Source: an archaeon (GTDB taxonomy: Archaea; Thermoproteota; Nitrososphaeria; Nitrososphaerales; Gagatemarchaeaceae). From it: DNA of 64,000 nt. Shown here one piece after another: positions 62,416-64,000 of this stretch; within the stretch, counting starts at the first letter, position 1; each line of letters opens with the position of its first letter. The stretch spans positions 1,307,206 through 1,371,205 of the forward strand of contig CP066694.1 in assembly GCA_016432545.1 (NCBI GenBank). Direction: 5' to 3'. The notes under the pieces were generated by a model. That model saw nothing but the letters and a program-made list of their open reading frames with translations, did not search any database and was not told the DNA's origin. Position numbers and translations under genes: made by a program.

Positions 62416-64000
62416 TCATCGAGTGGATCTTCGGCCCCGCCCTCTCCTCTGGGGAGGCGAGGTCCCTCCGTGACCTGCTCGGAAACGCCGTCCCTGGGGG
62501 TAGACTTCCCTCCCGCCCCTCTGTTGGTGCCTCCTCTGCACGTTCGTCGAAACAATGTCAAAGAAGATCCGCCTCTGGTTTATGGTGAAGGTTCTTGCGA
62601 AGAAATCCGCGCCGACGACCATGTCGCCAAGGTCGCGCTCCCCCAGCTCCCGAGCATCGAACCTTTCGAATGAGAGGCTGTCCTCGAGATAGGGCCTGAG
62701 CCTCGAGAAGGGCGCGTCAACGACGACATCCCTAGGAACGGTTTCTTGTTTCGAAGACCGGAGGAGGTCGTTGAGCGCGTCCCTGGCGGCCTCGTAGTTC
62801 TTCCACGCCTCTTCTACGAACCCAGGGAATAGACCGTTCGCCGCCATCACCGTTGAGAGGGACTTGGTGTCTTCAGCGTAGGCCCTGAGGAGTCGGGCCT
62901 TGATGTTCAGCTCGCTCGTCCTGTCAAGGGAGTACAGGAATTGTCGCGCGACCGCTTCGGCGTCCGACTTGTAGGCGTGATTGAGAGAATCGCCGAAAGC
63001 CCCGCAGGCGAGGAAGAATCTCGCAACGTCGTGATCGTTCCTTATCAGAGCGCTCGATATCATGTGGGAAAGGTCCGGCTCGTAGGGAATCTCGCTCATC
63101 AAGAGCCCCTTCCAGGTAGCCTGATGACTGCGGCGGTCTATCGCTCCGATCCCGATCAACCAGTCCTCCGCGAAGGCGACCTCCCTGTGGTCCACCCTTG
63201 ACATGAAGTCAAGCTCCGAGAGCTTGAGGCCGTACTTCGACATCAGGAGCACCAAGTCAAACGGGGTCTCAGTCTCGAGCGACTTGCGCACAGGCTCCGG
63301 GTCGATCTTCGTTGGAATCTGCGCGTCGGTCAGGATGACAGCCCGGCCCGGCTTGAACCGGCCGATCCTCCCCATCATCTGCAGGAGTGAGTTGTTGTCT
63401 ATCTTCCTATAGCGGAGCGTCTTCCGGCCCAGTACATCCTTGCTGTCGATCACGTCGTTGAAGATCAGCACGTTGTCGACGTAGATGTTCACAGAAGAAG
63501 CGATCACATTCGTGGCGAAGATCCTAAGATTCTTGTCCGTCTCTGCCTGCCGCTGAATCTTGTTGATCTCCGACCCGTCGAGGCCCCCGTGGATGTAGAC
63601 TCCCCCGTAGCTGCCCGCGTACTTTTCCACCAGCCGCCTCGTCGGCAAGAAGACTAGCCACGACTCGTCTCGGGGCTGCGTGAAGAGATACTTGGACAGG
63701 GTCATGAACATCTCGTCGAGGCCTCCTGCCTGCTCGATTTCGAGCGAAACGGGGAACCTGCGCCCAGTCATTGTGTAAAGGTTGGAGATTCCCAGGAACG
63801 ACAGAAACTCCTTCGGGTCGATCGTGGCGCTCATGACCCGGAAGAGATTCCTGGACCCCGCCTGCTCCTTCCTCGCAAGAGAGAAGCACAACTCTAGTTG
63901 GGAAGACATCTGGTGGCTCTCGTCAAAGTAGATAGAAGTCTCGGAAACCGAGTTCTCGGCCAGCATCCTCAGCAGGACGCCATCGGTGGTAATTCTGATC
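62416..64000 (-). CDS. DEAH-box (HrpA/DHX-like) helicase; N-terminus runs off the right window edge
   Basis: The in-frame sequence continues past the track start as ITTDGVLLRML (motif Ib-like). It also has FDESHQ (motif II), MSAT (motif III) and LLQMMGRIGR (motif VI). Confidence 0.8.
   Translation of the reverse strand, partial: IRITTDGVLLRMLAENSVSETSIYFDESHQMSSQLELCFSLARKEQAGSRNLFRVMSATIDPKEFLSFLGISNLYTMTGRRFPVSLEIEQAGGLDEMFMTLSKYLFTQPRDESWLVFLPTRRLVEKYAGSYGGVYIHGGLDGSEINKIQRQAETDKNLRIFATNVIASSVNIYVDNVLIFNDVIDSKDVLGRKTLRYRKIDNNSLLQMMGRIGRFKPGRAVILTDAQIPTKIDPEPVRKSLETETPFDLVLLMSKYGLKLSELDFMSRVDHREVAFAEDWLIGIGAIDRRSHQATWKGLLMSEIPYEPDLSHMISSALIRNDHDVARFFLACGAFGDSLNHAYKSDAEAVARQFLYSLDRTSELNIKARLLRAYAEDTKSLSTVMAANGLFPGFVEEAWKNYEAARDALNDLLRSSKQETVPRDVVVDAPFSRLRPYLEDSLSFERFDARELGERDLGDMVVGADFFARTFTINQRRIFFDIVSTNVQRRHQQRGGREVYPQGRRFRAGHGGTSPPQRRGRGRRSTR

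Noticed and set aside
1-64000. CRISPR arrays and rRNA genes
   Set aside because: No regularly spaced direct repeats of 24-40 nt and no long non-coding stretches were seen. Almost the whole window is occupied by long ORFs, and spacers are under ~210 nt.

Overview
High-GC archaeal chromosomal segment. Archaeal hallmarks include Topo VI A/B, aIF2-beta, aSUI1, RIO kinase plus KH protein, A/V-type ATPase subunits I/C/K, archaeal-type inositol-1-phosphate synthase, and intron-containing tRNAs. The left ~9.5 kb looks more AT-rich by eye and reads as an accessory island. It holds an edge-truncated TGT/DpdA-like gene and a co-directional block of small wHTH/RHH genes with operator-like repeats. It also holds a SWIM ORF coupled to a SWIM/Zn-ribbon/IS6-like DDE transposase, a small Zn-ribbon / P-loop / membrane-protein cassette, and a single-chain Type IIG-like restriction-modification gene. 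The remainder is core genome: FAD oxidoreductase + Rieske, ZIP transporter, trxB, gcvPA/PB, and a divergent FtsZ-like gene. It continues with a metG-ahcY-apt-mtnP block, grpE-dnaK-dnaJ, top6BA, a nuoHIJK-M'-L-M-N complex I module, atpI / atpC-atpK, and GGPP synthase. The right end is a lower-GC stretch with MarR/MFS, degenerate ORFs and an edge-truncated DEAH helicase. Five observations stand out. (1) Two inteins each sit at a cysteine of an Fe-S-binding motif. One is in an AmmeMemoRadiSam-type radical SAM gene and carries a Vsr/DUF559-like nuclease instead of LAGLIDADG. The other is in nuoI and has a LAGLIDADG core. (2) The complex I module has an extra NuoM-like subunit and a long NuoL (2M-like). 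(3) The conserved N-terminus of top6B is encoded out of frame, and both top6B and nuoN appear to begin at CTG. (4) tRNA-Asn and tRNA-Glu carry D-loop insertions, and tRNA-Asn has a second, canonical intron. (5) Two coupled small ORFs are absent from the ORF track: an RHH protein and a Zn-ribbon protein. No rRNA genes or CRISPR arrays were seen. All family assignments come from motif reading by eye, not from database searches.
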